DNA from: Octopus vulgaris
Taxonomy: Eukaryota
Length of the DNA: 64,000 bases
Reading direction: 5' to 3'
NCBI GenBank assembly: GCA_951406725.2
Contig: OX597828.1
Span: 71,982,001-72,046,000 of the forward strand
In this document: in pieces, positions 24,487-38,944 of the stretch
Layout: the number at the start of each line of letters is the position of its first letter
Position numbering within the stretch: the stretch's first letter is position 1
Made by a program: the position numbers and the translations under genes
Notes under the pieces: model-generated
The model's input: only the letters and a program-made list of their open reading frames with translations
The model's database searches: none
What the model was told of the DNA's origin: nothing

Positions 24487-27162
24487 AATTCTTTTTTATT
24501 GGCCACAAGGGCTGACACGCATGATTACATAAAGGGACAAAACAGGACAAAAGGTTACAAAAGGTTTTGTCCGTTTTTGAAAAAATCCGTGTAAAAATAC
24601 ATTAACAAAGAAAGATTATAACAATGAAATTCTCCCAAAAGGGGGAAACGTTTCGAAAGGTTCCTGGTGGAAAAAACCCTACAAAAGCCAACGGGAGCCT
24701 GGTCAAATCACAGGCGAAACCTGAGAACTGGTCCATTCATACTGGCCAATCTCGCACAATTCACCCAACTTTCATAAAACTTGCTATCGGACAGCACTCT
24801 CCTCTCTAACCTCATCTTCCTTTTCAAGTGAAACTCGAAAAAGTTGATGAGGCCTTGACCAAAGAGGAAAGTGTCTGACTTTAGCCCTTTCAAACGAGTC
24901 CACCACACCACCTCTTTCGCCACAGCCACTAGGCAAAAGAAAACGGCCTCGCCCTCCTTGTTAAAGGAGGTCGGCAGGGCAATCTTCACTATGGATTCGG
25001 CCGATAGTCGGATGCGTCCTACACGTGACAGTAGCTGTTCGACATAAACCCATATTTCAGCAATACTCGGGCACTGGACGAGTGCGTGCAGGACGGTTTC
25101 GTCGTCCTGGCAACACCTCGGGCAGGCCCGGCTGATGGCACTTCCGTGCCGGTAGAGTTTATCTCGAACAGGCAGAGCCCCTCGGTAGCACTGCAAAGGC
25201 GAGCGACCTCTGGAAATTATCCATCGGCCCCTGCCCGAAAGTCCTCCCAAACAGACTGCTCAGTTCGTCATCTTCAACGCCTAGAGAACGTCGTCGCATT
25301 TTTCCTCCACTAACCCTCTATAGAACACTAGAGTGGAGCTGTAACCGATCGCATTGCCCGCCTGACGGAGGGCGGAGAGGGCTTGACGACACTCGAGGTG
25401 CCAAGCGCCCTTTCTCGGTCTACGTTTGATCCAGGTCTGCAGTTCCGTCAAAGAGACGAGCTGCGGAAAATCGCGTCTGACAAAAGACGACCACACCTGT
25501 TCACCGTCTAGGAAGCACTTGAGATGCCGCAGCCTGAGCGCATGTCTGCGCAACAGCAACCACGGCATTCCAAGGCCTCCGTTCAGCGGTCGTTGACAGC
25601 AGATGGATCGCCTGACCAGTGGCACCTGACTCTTCCACAAACAGTCAAAGAGCAGGCGTACCAGCTTGGCCAACCAGCGGTCGGGACAAGGGACGACGGT
25701 CAAGCGGTAATAGATGATGGATGCGATGTACGCATTCGCCACCTCCGCTCGACCTTTCAGGGACAGCTTCCTCTCGGCCCATTTCTGGGTGAGACGTGCC
25801 ACCCTGCTCGTCACCTCTTCCCAGTTCTTATCCACCTGGAGGTCCGGACCGAACCAGACCCCGAGCAGTTTAACGGGTCCGTCTGTCCAGCGCCCTACAA
25901 CGCTGTTGGACGGCATGGGCTTGCCTCTCCAGGTGCCCAGTTGCAAGCCCACAGACTTTTCCGCGTTAATCTTTGCCCCTGTCACCGCTTCGTACTGGTT
26001 TAGTGTCTCGCCAATCAGGCCAATGTGCCTGTGGCTCGACACCACCACGGTGACGTCGTCGGCATAAGCAGACACGCTGTTTCCACCTCCTAGATCGCGC
26101 AGGATACCCCCCAAAGCGCAGTAATGGCTCGAGAGTCAAAATGTACAAGAGGGAGGAGAGAGGGCATCCTTGGCGGACCGAACGCGAGATGTCGAACGGT
26201 TCCGAAAGGTGACCGTTCACCCGTATCGCCGAGCAGATGTTGCTGTATAAAGCAGCTATCCACCCGCGGAAGACTGGACCGAAGCCGGCTGCCTTGAGGA
26301 CAGCTGCCAGGTACCGATGGTCGACCCTATCGAAGGCTTTACTCTAATCCAAGTTGATCAAAGCCCCACCCGCGCCAGCGTCGTTACCCACCCTCTCTAT
26401 GATGTAGCGCATGAGATGGAGGTTGTCGTGTATTGACCTGGTCGGCATGGCGCATGTCTGCGTCTTGCTGACCAGCTTGTCCACGACAAGCGCCAATCTC
26501 TTGGCTAGCACCTTGGCCAAAATCTTCAACTCTGCATTGAGCAGAGTGATGGGCCGGAAATTCCCTATAACGTCCCCCTTGTTTGGGTCCTTCTTCAGCA
26601 AAGCCACCACCCCTCGACAGACAAAAGCAGGAATTCTCCCGTTTTGCTGCCAGTTGCAGTAGACGTTTGCCAACAGGCCCGCAAACAAGTCTGGCATTGA
26701 AAAGTAAAACTCGTAGGGCAGACCATCCAAACCCGGCGATCTACCTCTCGTGCAACTCTTCATCGCTTCTCCCACTTCCCAGGCAGATATTGGTCCTTCG
26801 CAGCACTCTGCCTCGCTGTCCGAGAGTTGCGGTAGGCCGTCCAGGTACACACCGAAGTCTGCACCATTGTCCGTTCCACCGCTCGTCCCAAACAGTTGAG
26901 CAAAGTGCCGCTGAAGCACTGTACACATCTGCTTCGGTTCGGTAACTTCGCGCCCGTTCTGGTCCACCAAAGACCGAATGGTTGCTTTGTTGCCTCGCTT
27001 CGCCTCCGCCACGCGGGCCCATCGAGCGGCTCTAGTCCCCTCCCTGCTTAGCGAACGTGCCTTAGCTCTGACAACGCAGCCTTCATGTTTGGCGTAGAAG
27101 TGTTGGTCGAGGGCCAACCTTGCCGCATACACGTCGGTCGCGATGCCAGTGTCAAGAGCCTC
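24487..27162 (-). mobile_element. Tx1/L1-clade LINE, 5'-truncated ORF2 (RT + zf-RVT), inserted in (AAT)n
   Basis: SPGLDGLPYEFY, FRPITLLNAELKILAKVL, D*SKAFDRVDH, RQGCPLS, AYADDV and CPRC..ETVLHALVQC motifs; in-frame stop and frameshifts; AATAAA at 24495-24500; (taa)n on both flanks. Confidence 0.9.
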
Positions 27163-27705
27163 AATAATAATAATAATAATAATAATAACATAATGATTAA
27201 TGATTCCTTCTTCTATAGACACAGAGCATGGCATTTGGGGGGAGGTTGGGTCTAGTCAATTACATTGACCCTCCTCCCTAGTACATAACTTATTTTATTG
27301 ACCCCAAACAGACGAAAGGTTAAGTTGACCTTGGTGGCATATCTTAAAATGTCAAAATGCAAAACCAGAAGAAATTCTGCTAAGCATTTTGTCTGGTATG
27401 TTAATGACTCTACCAACTCTACCACCTTATTATCAATAATTAATAACAATAATAATAATAATTAAAATTTATTTATTGTTTCATGGTGGCAAGCTGGCAA
27501 AACCGTTAACACGTTGGGCAAAACACTTATCAAGATTTTGTCATTCTTTACATTCTTAGCACAGATTCAGCCAAGGTGGACTTTGCCTTTCATCCTTTTG
27601 GAGTCAATAAATTAAATCCCAGTTGAGCACTGGGGGTCAATGTAACTGACTTATCCTCTCCTCAAAAATTGCTGGCCCTGTGCCTAAATTGGAAATCAAT
27701 AATTA

Positions 27706-29475
27706 CACTGTACAAAAAATTTTAGGGTTAAGAAAAAAGCCATTGTTCTCATCTCCATTTTATTATGAAGTTGATTGTGTTAAATTCAAATTTTATAACA
27801 AAAATTACCCCATCATGTCACATTTTCTTGTAAATTACCAACTTAATAACGATGCAATTTATACCAATTTCTACAATACCATAAATTTATTTTGCTCTTA
27901 AAGTCACATTAAATATATCTGTTGTAATTAATTCATAAATATCTAATGAGTTGCCATGTTCGTTAGCATTATATAATGTATTAACCTACATTTTAGTATT
28001 TAATTCTTTGTTTATAAGGTGTCTCAGGTGTGTCACGCTTCAGGCTTCAGCAGAAGTCAGCCAGCATACCTAGGCTCCATTTTCCTTTATACCTGTTTTC
28101 CATTGACACTATTTCTTGATAGAACCTAATTCCATGTTCATCACTCACACCTGCATTCTCTGGTGAGAAGGACAGGTGAGAATGAAGAAAGTGTATCTCA
28201 TGTGACATATTGCATCCGAGATCTTGGCAGCAGATGATCAGGCTCTCCACTATACTCCCTCGATGGACCTCTTGGTGCCTTCCCAGAACTCTTTTGCATA
28301 CATCTTTGAATGCATGCCAGGCTGCTACCTCAGTTTAATCGATTGTTGCCTTCAAGTCCTAATCAGCTATAAGATGACAAATCTGAGGGCCTATGAAGAT
28401 GCCCTCTTTAATCTTGGCATCACTTGTTTTAGGGAAGATCGCCATAGGTACTGGAAACATGGCTTGTTATGTTGCAGTGTTGCTTCATTAGGCCTAGTTT
28501 TATACACAGTGGAGGCAAAATAATTTTCTCCTTCTTAACGAGTGGTTCATGATTTACATTATGGCATCTCGGCATCATTGTTTCCCGTGGTGGTCATTCT
28601 GGATGTACATAATGTTCTGATCTGGTCCTACTGTTCCACTAGCAAAGGAAGCACATAAACTTGGTGTATCCAATTTGTAGCCCACTAAGTAGGGCCACTA
28701 CTTTCAAGTCCACACAAATTAGCCACTCATGTTCCTTGTAACTTATGCAATCTAGAATAAAAGCGAGGTTCTCGTATGTCTCTCTTAAAATGACTGAGTG
28801 AGGAATTGGAACTGAAGGCACGGTGTACCCAATGTGCAACAGAACCACTTTTGTGCTCTAAAAGGATGCATCTATGAGCAACCTCCACTCATTTGGTTCC
28901 TAGGTCAGCTCAAGGGCATTGGACAAGTCTCTGGTATCATTACAAGAAACCAAGTTGTTTTCCAAAGTAAAGAATTGCTGTAGATCTGCAGAATGCTTCC
29001 TAAATACTGTATTTCAAGCATCATTATCCAACAGGTTCCATTGTTGCTGACGTAAGGCCAGGACTTCACTCCGTTGCTTAGTAAGTGTGAGATCACAAAC
29101 TAGGTCATAGAGTTCAGGTTGGGCGATTAGATGTGGGTTTTTTTCAGATTCACCAGGGATTGAGACCCATATAACTATAAAACTATTGCATGTACTTTTA
29201 TAATTTTCATAGGTTAGGTTGACAAATACCTTAGGAATACCCCATTAAAATTATATCAAAATCTGTGCATAACTTTTAGAGTTGATAGTTTCAACCTAAT
29301 CCTGTTTGTACTCAATTCCAATGGAACCATCATTGTATTTCACATAAGATGGTAATTTACGAGAAACTGGAGGGCCACAGAAAGAAACGGATGTTATATT
29401 CGTGATCTTCACAACAAAACACTCCAAGAAAAGGTTATTCTTGTTTCCGTTTATTTTTCCCATTGTTATACAGTG
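27706..29475 (-). mobile_element. Decayed DNA transposon, probably Chapaev3 (CMC) type
   Basis: Termini CACTGTACAAAAAAT / ATTGTTATACAGTG; transposase remnants ICVDLKVVALLSGLQIGYTKFMCFLC and HFLHSHL...SDEHGIRFYQEI...RYKGKW. Confidence 0.7.
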
Positions 29476-29664
29476 TTGTTTACTGTTTCAGTTTGGGTGG
29501 GCACTGGTTCCTTCCCCTCTCTTGTGAGTGTCATATGTGTGTGCCTGGTGCTGTGTGCCTGGTGTTAAATTACCGGGGTGGGGGACTTACCACAACTCAC
29601 CCCCAACACACGTCGCCCAAACACCACCACCATCACTACCGGTTAACACCACAGAATGTCAAGT

Positions 29665-29753
<89 letters not shown>

Positions 29754-31377
29754 TGTTTGTGTGTGTGTGTGTGAGTGTGTCTGATGGCCTTGATAACATG
29801 GCTTTTTTATTGACTCAACAATTGTTACTTTAAGTGGTTTGCGATGTTGTGGTGGTTATTAGGGTGACTGGTAACCATGACAACAAAGTTGGCGACAGCA
29901 ATGATAATGATGATGATGATGATGATGACAACAACGATGAGAATGAGGAGGAGGAAGAGGAGGAGGTGACTATGCATTAGCAAACGCCATTATCAACCTA
30001 CGACCACGTCCCCATCCCCCACCCCAAACATGTCACCCAATCTTCTAAAATTTAAAAATACATTTATAATGGAAAGATATTGTTTTCCCCAGAAAACGAA
30101 AATGAAAGAATGAAACAGTACGCTACCGTACGGTACAATAAAGAACTGTACAGCATCATCACCATAATCATCATCGTCGTCATCATCATCATCATCATCG
30201 TTTAACGTCCGTTTTTCCATGCTGGCATGGGTTGGACAGTTCGACTGGGGTCTGGGAAGCCAGGAGGCTGCACCAGGCCCCAGTTTGATCTGGCAGTGTT
30301 TCTACAGCTGGATGCCCTTCCTAACGCCAACCACTCCGAGAGTGTAGCGGGAGCTTTTTTATGTGTCACTGGCACAGGGGCCAGAGGGGGCTGACATTGA
30401 CCATGATCAGATGGTGCTTTTCACATGCCACTGGCACTGGAACCAGTCAAGGCGGCACTGGCATCAGCCACGTTTGGATGGTGCTTTTTACGTGCTACCA
30501 GCACGGGGATCACAACTACAATTTCCATTTGATTGTGAATTGATTTGATTTGATTTTTGATTTTTATTATATATAAATATACGACAGGCTTCTTTCACTT
30601 TCCATCTACCAAATCCACTCACAAAGCTTTGGTCAGTGCAAGAGGACACTTGATCAATGTTCTGAAAAGCCATTTCATTCAGAAGCAAGCTTTTCACCAC
30701 ACCTTCATCTATAGATTATCTCTAAATTATCTATGGACCCAGCACGCTCTCACAAATAGACTCTTGTAGACATTGATCTCACAGCAAATCAACTAATCAG
30801 TCATTAACGAGGTAAAATGTCTGATACTAATTTCATAAAATTACGACACAATGAAGCAATCCAGCTGAAACGACCCGACTGGCAATTCAACGTGCTTCTT
30901 CAATATAAGAATGCTGCCCACCCCTACCTTCCTTCACTCTATTTTGACCAAAAAGACTATTCAAGAGCTTCGTTGGGAAGGGTTTTGGCATTCACAGTAT
31001 TCTCCTGGTAGTGCACCTTCAAGTTATCTCCCCCTTTCATTTGATCTCTAACACTCAGAGAGGCATTTCATCCAATAATGATGTGGAGCCGGCAACATGG
31101 ATCAATGAATTCTTTGAGTGGAGATGAGGTGATTTCTATTGTCAGAGTATTGACAAAGCTAAGTGGAATGCTTTCAAGAAGTCATGAACAATGGAAGAGA
31201 ATTGACTGATTGACTGATTTGATAAAACTGTTGATGAAAAATAACGATTAAAATGAATGGGGGAAAAAATTCATCTGAGAATCCAATCTATGGCTTAATT
31301 AAAAACAGTTATGGTGTGCAAAGAAATCAGTAATAGCCAACGACTAATTTTAAAAGTCTTCAAAAGTACTGGAGATA

Positions 31378-31421
31378 ACTCAAGACATGTTTCAATCATA
31401 TTATGACCTCATCAGCAGAAT
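31378..31421 (-). ncRNA. Minimal type I hammerhead ribozyme motif (solo)
   Basis: Minus strand: attctg-CTGATGA-ggtcat aat atgatt-GAAA-catg-TC-ttgagt; palindromic stem III (ACATGT), GUC triplet, weak stem I. Confidence 0.6.
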
Positions 31422-31544
31422 ACAAACTTCACTATAGTTGGTGACCCATTAAAGACCATAATCAAACTATGAATATTATTTATAAATTTTTACATCTTTT
31501 AGATCCTAAGGACTCTAAAGTCATACTTTTTCTGTCATACTGCT

Positions 31545-31872
31545 TATTACCTCCACCTTCGCTAAGGTGGAGGTATTGTTTTCAGTCTCATTTGTTTGTT
31601 TGTCATTGGACAAGATATCTCAACAACCACTGGATGGATTCCAATGAAACTTTCAGGGATGTCGGCCTTGTGACTGGTACAGACTGATTAGATTTTGGCA
31701 TCGATCTGGTACTCGACAAGGATTCTAGATTATTTTTTGGTTATTTTACTTAATTTGTGAGAGCAGTCGAGTTTATTTCGGATATTCTCAATTTAAAAAT
31801 TCTCTCTGACAAATCATCAAGAAGACGTTGGTGTTGCCTTGGCAGAGGTTTGTGCTCTCTGAGTGCTCTTGT
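31545..31872 (+). mobile_element. Helentron/HINE-like non-autonomous element
   Basis: 5' hairpin tacctccacctt..aaggtggaggta; 3' ccttggcagaggtttgtgctctctgagtgc subterminal repeat/hairpin. Confidence 0.55.
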
Positions 31873-32555
31873 TTGTATTTTTCTTATACCAAAAGCTTTA
31901 TGATATTTTTTATATTAAATATGACAGCAAGATGGCATCACTATTAGCAGGCTGGGCAAGATACTTACTAGTATCTCCTTTGTCCTTACGTTTTGAGTTC
32001 AAATTCCACCAAAGCAATGGAATTTCAATTCAGAACTTTCCTCCAAAAGAATGAAAGACTTTGCCTATCATCCTTTTGGGGTCCATAAAATAAAGTTGAA
32101 CACTAAGGGTCAACTAGTTGAACACTATGGGGTCGCTGCAAGTACCTTACTCCCTCCCCATAAATTGTTGGCCTTCTTCCACAATCTAAAACTGCTTTTA
32201 TTCTTTTATTCATTTACTTGCTTCAGTCATGCTGGAGCACCGCCTTTAGTCGAGCAAATCAATCCCCAGGACTTACTCTTTGTAAGCCTAGTACTTATTC
32301 TATCAGTCTCTTTTCCCAAACTGCTAGGTCATGCAGGCATAAACACACTGGCATCAGTTGTCCAGCGATGTTGGGGAGACAAACATACACACACACACAC
32401 ACATACATACATACACACATACATGCATACATACATACATACATACATACATACATACATACATACATACATACATACATACATACATACATACATACAT
32501 ACATACATACATACATACATACATACATACATACATACATACATACATACATACA

Positions 32556-32586
<31 letters not shown>

Positions 32587-33223
32587 GTTGGGCTTCTTTC
32601 AGTTTTTGTCCACCAAATCCACTTGCAAGGCTTTTGGTTTGGCCTGAGGCACTTGCCCAAGGTGCCATGCAGTGGGACTGAACCTGGAAACATGTGGTTG
32701 GGAAGAAAGCTTCTTATCACGCAGCCACTCCTTTATTTACATGAAATTTAAAATCTGTCCCCGAAACGGGACAGGGCCTTTAATGGGTTGAAGTGGCATC
32801 AACATAAAGAACACAAGGAAATTTGTGTGGAATAACAGCAGAAACAGGCAGAGACAAAATCATTACTCTTGGATGCCATCTGCATGGAAAAACAATAGTT
32901 AAGTTGGTGTTAAAATATTTGATACAGGCAGCGTTAAATATGTTCGTTAATTAGAAATGATAATTAAGCGAAGAGAGGGAGATAAACAGCAGTAGTGTTA
33001 ATAATTATAGCTGTATCGTCTCTGGGGAAATTCTGCCTTTTGTCTAGAAGGTTCCATCTAAGTATCTGTCTTATTTTGTTGCTGCTATCAAAACCACCAC
33101 CACCACCACCACCACTGCTGTTGTCACCACTGCCACCACCAACACCACCATTGCCATCTCCACCACTACAGCTGCAACTGATACTACTATCATGACTATC
33201 ACCACCACCACCACCACCACCAC

Positions 33224-33281
<58 letters not shown>

Positions 33282-33561
33282 GCTGCTACTAGTAATACTA
33301 CTAGCACCACCACAATCACTATGACACCACCACCATCAACTCCCACCGCCACCACCAGGAAAAGACAGTGTTCCTTCATTAGCTAAATGGGAAGTTAATG
33401 AATAATTAAGGAGAAACTAGCGTTTCAATTGTCAACTTATTGAAAAAGATCAATAACAGGGAAGGAGATCTAAATTAATGGTTATTAGGAGGGGGGGAGG
33501 GGGGAAGGAGGAGGAAGAGGACAATAAAGAGGAAGTGACGTTGGTTGTGGTGTACTACTGG

Positions 33562-33602
33562 TGGTAGTAGCAGCAGCAGCAGCTGTAGTAGTAGTAGTAG
33601 TG

Positions 33603-33681
<79 letters not shown>

Positions 33682-33709
33682 TAGCAGCAGTAGTAGTAGT
33701 AGTAGTAGT

Positions 33710-33747
<38 letters not shown>

Positions 33748-33778
33748 TAGTAGTAGCAGCAGTAGTAGTAGTAGTAGT

Positions 33779-33865
<87 letters not shown>
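33562..33865. repeat. (AGT/AGC)n trinucleotide microsatellite
   Basis: Directly visible. Confidence 0.95.
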
Positions 33866-33866
<1 letters not shown>

Positions 33867-34003
33867 TGTAGCAAAGGTTTGCAGAATGATGTCTGACTAG
33901 GAGCCCCACAACCAAAATAACAATAATTGTCTTAGTAAACACCAAAAATGCCTTGAGGAATTACCATTCTACACAGCATCCCACCACAGTACTCTATATG
34001 CAA

Positions 34004-34034
<31 letters not shown>

Positions 34035-34056
34035 TGCATATATATATATATGTATG

Positions 34057-34112
<56 letters not shown>

Positions 34113-34197
34113 AAATCTGGGGATTATATAAAAGTATGTTAATTCTTCAAAAGTCTTCCATGAAAAATCAGTGAGATGGACATTATGTTACATAATA

Positions 34198-34260
<63 letters not shown>

Positions 34261-34512
34261 TTATTATAATAATGAGCTTATTGTATTATAAGATAGTAAA
34301 CTCCATTAATTCTTCCAGAAGATTCCATGGAACTCTACACTAAAGAATATGAATATGAAACTGTCTTTAGTAGAGAAGCTGAAATTCTTTGAGTGAGATT
34401 CTGGAAGCTTCTAGAGAGAAACTGTTTTTTTTTTTTCCAATGTAAGGAATTATATCTTCTGCAACACTAAATATATTACAGCGGAAAACCCTGGATTATG
34501 ATTGTTATTATT

Positions 34513-34520
34513 ACCATCAC

Positions 34521-34552
<32 letters not shown>

Positions 34553-34578
34553 CCATCATCACCACCACCATTATCATC

Positions 34579-34610
<32 letters not shown>

Positions 34611-34640
34611 ATCATCATCATCATCATCACCACCACCATT

Positions 34641-34689
<49 letters not shown>

Positions 34690-34700
34690 CCATCATCACC

Positions 34701-34750
<50 letters not shown>
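34513..34750. repeat. (CAT/CAC)n microsatellite
   Basis: Directly visible. Confidence 0.95.
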
Positions 34751-34999
34751 TATTAAGGCAGTGAGCTGGCAGAATTCTTACTGCACCGGAAAAATTGGTT
34801 AGTGGCATTTCTTCTGACTTTATATTCTGAGCTTAAATTTGGCCATGGTCAACTTTGCCCTTCATTGTTTTGGGGTCAAGGAAAAAGGTACCAGCTGAGT
34901 ACTGCAGTCGATATAATTGACAAACCCCATCTCCCAAAACTGCTGGCCTGGTGCCTAAAGTAGAAAGGCTATTATCATCATCATCATCATCATCATCAA

Positions 35000-35053
<54 letters not shown>

Positions 35054-36459
35054 GATCGTTATCATTACTATTGTTGTTGTCGGAAAAATGGCCAGTGTGA
35101 AAGTTCAAACTGGTCAGGTCCAGCCTCTCACACCTACCCTACAATGACATCCTAGAAATAGACAATAATATCATTGAAATCTCAAAGCTGAGAGAATACA
35201 TGAATAATTCAGAACAATATGAACCAGCCTTACACTTGACTCAATAATTTGAACCCTAAACGGTTAAAGAAACAGATATGCAACATAGAGGTGACTGGCT
35301 AAACTAGGAGCTAAACCAGCCTGCTAGAAATAGCAACCAAATCTACCTCAATCATGTAACTTCCATCCCAAACATTGATGAAGACACTAAATAATGTTGT
35401 CCTTTGCATGATGTGTTGGAAAAGAAGTCAAGGAGTGGTGGTCGAGGCTGGAATGGCAACCAAGCAATGTTGTATGTCATTCCAGGTCATCATCATCATC
35501 ATCATCATCATCGTTTAACGTCCGCTTTCCATGCTGGCATGGGTTGGATGGTTTGATTGAGGGCTGGCGAGCCAGAAGGCTGCACCAGGTTCCAATCTGA
35601 TCTGGCAAGGTTTCTATAGCTGGGTGCCCTTCCTAACACCAACCACCCTGAGAGAGTAGTGGGTACTTTTATGTGCCACCAGCACAGGGGCTAGTCAAGT
35701 GGCACTGGCATTGACCACGCTTGAATGGTGCTTTTAACATACCACTGGAAAGGGAACCTGTCAGGTGGAACTGGCATCGACCACGCTCCCTTGAATGGTG
35801 CTTTTTATGTGTCACTGGCACAGGTGCCAGTCAGGCGGCACTAGCATCTACTATTAATCACATCTACTATCAAAAGTATTCCAAACGTGACCATCCCATT
35901 TATTCAGGTGTACAAGGATTATATTATCAACTGTGTCATTCCTGTTTAAGATAGTACAGAGTGATCTTGAAAAGGATATGACTGCTGTTTCTAGCAGGTC
36001 AAGCTTTGACATAAATGTGTCAAAGCTGTTGCTGTTGTTGTTGTGGTGTGTATGTGTGAGTGTGTATAGCTCTGTGTGTGTCTCTGTAGCTAAGTGTATA
36101 CGGGTGAATAGCTGTGTGTATGCGAAGCTCGATGTGAGTGTGTGTGTGTGTGTGCATTTATGTGTGCATTTATGTGTGCATGTCTGTGTGTTTGTGTGTG
36201 CATGCTAGTATAGCTCCCTCCCTCCCACTCTCTCTATTTATCTGTCTGTCTGTCTCTCTCTCTCTCTCTCCCTCTCTCTTGCTCTCTCTCTCTCCCTCTC
36301 TCTCTTGCTCTCTTTCTTTCTTTCTTTCTCTCTCTCTCTCCCTCTCTCTTCCCCCCCTCTCTCTGAACCGTCACTATGACTGCTGTGATATTTCATTTCC
36401 TGCCAAGATTCTCAGCTCGTTGCATCAACAATACTGCATTAATCACCAAACTATTAATT

Positions 36460-37040
36460 GAGAGCAGCTGTGCCCCGTTGCAATGAGTTGCAATGAGCTG
36501 CAATGAACTGCCGTTGGCTGTGAGCTGCTCTGAAATGTGAGCTGTATCTGTGAGATGCTACAATATGTTGCTGGCTGTGAGCTCCCCTGAACTGTGACTT
36601 GATGTAAGCTGTGGACTACTGTTGTGAACCATGAGCTGTGAACTCCTTTGAGATGTTATGGTCTGTGAACGATGAGCTGTTAGCTGTTGTGAGCTGCTGT
36701 TTGGCTGTGAACTGTGAGCCATGAGCTGTGACCTCCTGTGACTTGCAAGCTGTGAGCTGTTGAGCCATGATGAAGTGGGAACTCCTATGAGCTGTTGTGA
36801 GTTGCTGTTAGCTATGAGTTGTGAGTTGTTATTGCAAGCCATTAGGTGTCGTGAGCTGTTGTTTGGCTGTGAACTGTGAGCCATGAGCTGTGAGTTGTGA
36901 ACTGTTGCAAACTGCTTTTAGCTGCCCTAAGTTGAGCTGCAATCTAATGTGAGTGGTGAGCTGTCACGTGCTACTTGAACTGCCGTTGGTTTGGACTGCC
37001 ATTTGCTGTGAGCAGCTGTAAGCTACAGTGAGCTGAGCTC
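36460..37040. repeat. Degenerate short-period repeat built on gctgtgagct
   Basis: Many variants of tgagctg / gctgtga. Confidence 0.8.
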
Positions 37041-37589
37041 CTACGTACTATGATATGGTTGCGGTGGATCCAAGCTGTCTTTTTCTATAGGTTGCCACCC
37101 TTAATAATAAGACTGCCACCCACGAAGCGTAAGTTCAGATTATAAGGAAGACGTCTGGAACACTTTTGAGGAGGGAGGTAAATTGCCATTAATGGCCTTT
37201 GGGGAATTTAAATGATAAAACAATGACACAGCCCCACCACCAACACCACAGACATCATCATCACTCTCCTTCTTCTGCTCATCATCATCATCATCATCAT
37301 CGTCGTCGTCGTTGTTGTCATCGTCGTCATCACCATCATCATCATTGTCATCATCACCATGATTAAAACGACTCTACCATTATCTTCGTCATCATTAAAC
37401 TAATTATCTTCAATGCAGAGTCGATATTATTGAAATAACACTACATCTGTTGATGGGGTACATTATTATTACTCTCATCATCATCATCATCACCACTATC
37501 GTTGTACTTGCTGTTGTTGTTTCTAATATTTATGTTATTGCATGTTTAGGCATGGAGGAGAATAGTGAGGAAGAAAGGGAGGGATGTAT

Positions 37590-38200
<611 letters not shown>

Positions 38201-38882
38201 ATGCACAGAAAGAGAGCTTCTGTTATGGAAACAATATCAATAACACGTGATCATTATTGGAATCCAGCAAATTTATTAGTTTTTTGCCTCCAAACAAATT
38301 GCTAGACACTCTGTCTGTCTGTTTGTCCGCTGCTTTCATAAGCATTCACTGAGCTTCGCTTCTCAGAGCCTCAGCCCTATTCCCTCCCCTTGTTGCACTC
38401 TCTAAAAATGTGCAAACCACATGATTCTGTTTGTTAAATAAAAATAAAAATAAATATTGAATAAAAAAATAAAAAAGCTATATTTAGAAATCGGTGTTGT
38501 TATTAGTTTGCAGTTGAGCAATTCAGCATGAACGAAATCATTCGACTGCAAAAGCACATGATATATAGGTGTGGTTGTGTAGGAAGAAGCTTGCTTCCCA
38601 ACCACATGGTTCCAGGTTCAGTCCCACTGCATGGCACCACCTTGGGAAAGTATCTTCTACTATAGTCTCAAGCCAACCAAAGTCTTGTGAATGGATTTGG
38701 TAGATGGAAACTGAAAGAAACCCTCAGGCATGGCTGTGTGGTAAGAAGCTAGCTTCCCAACCACAAGGTTCCGGGTTCAGTCCCAGTGCATGGCACCTTG
38801 GGCAAGCGTCTTCTACTATAGCCCTGGGCCAAGTAAAGCCATGTGAGTGGATTCGGTAGATGGAAACTTAAAGAAGCCTGTC

Positions 38883-38944
<62 letters not shown>

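Noticed and set aside
25524-26003. Plus-strand ORFs overlapping the Tx1 LINE
   Set aside because: Antisense shadows of a GC-rich RT coding region.
33475-33945. Poly-Leu/Ser/Thr/Val ORFs
   Set aside because: Trinucleotide microsatellite translations.
36558-36884. Ser/Gln-rich 108-aa ORF
   Set aside because: Product of a degenerate gctgtga repeat; no domain and no splice support.
38725-38800. tRNA-like sequences (A and B boxes)
   Set aside because: These are SINE heads continuing into SINE body sequence; no complete cloverleaf.
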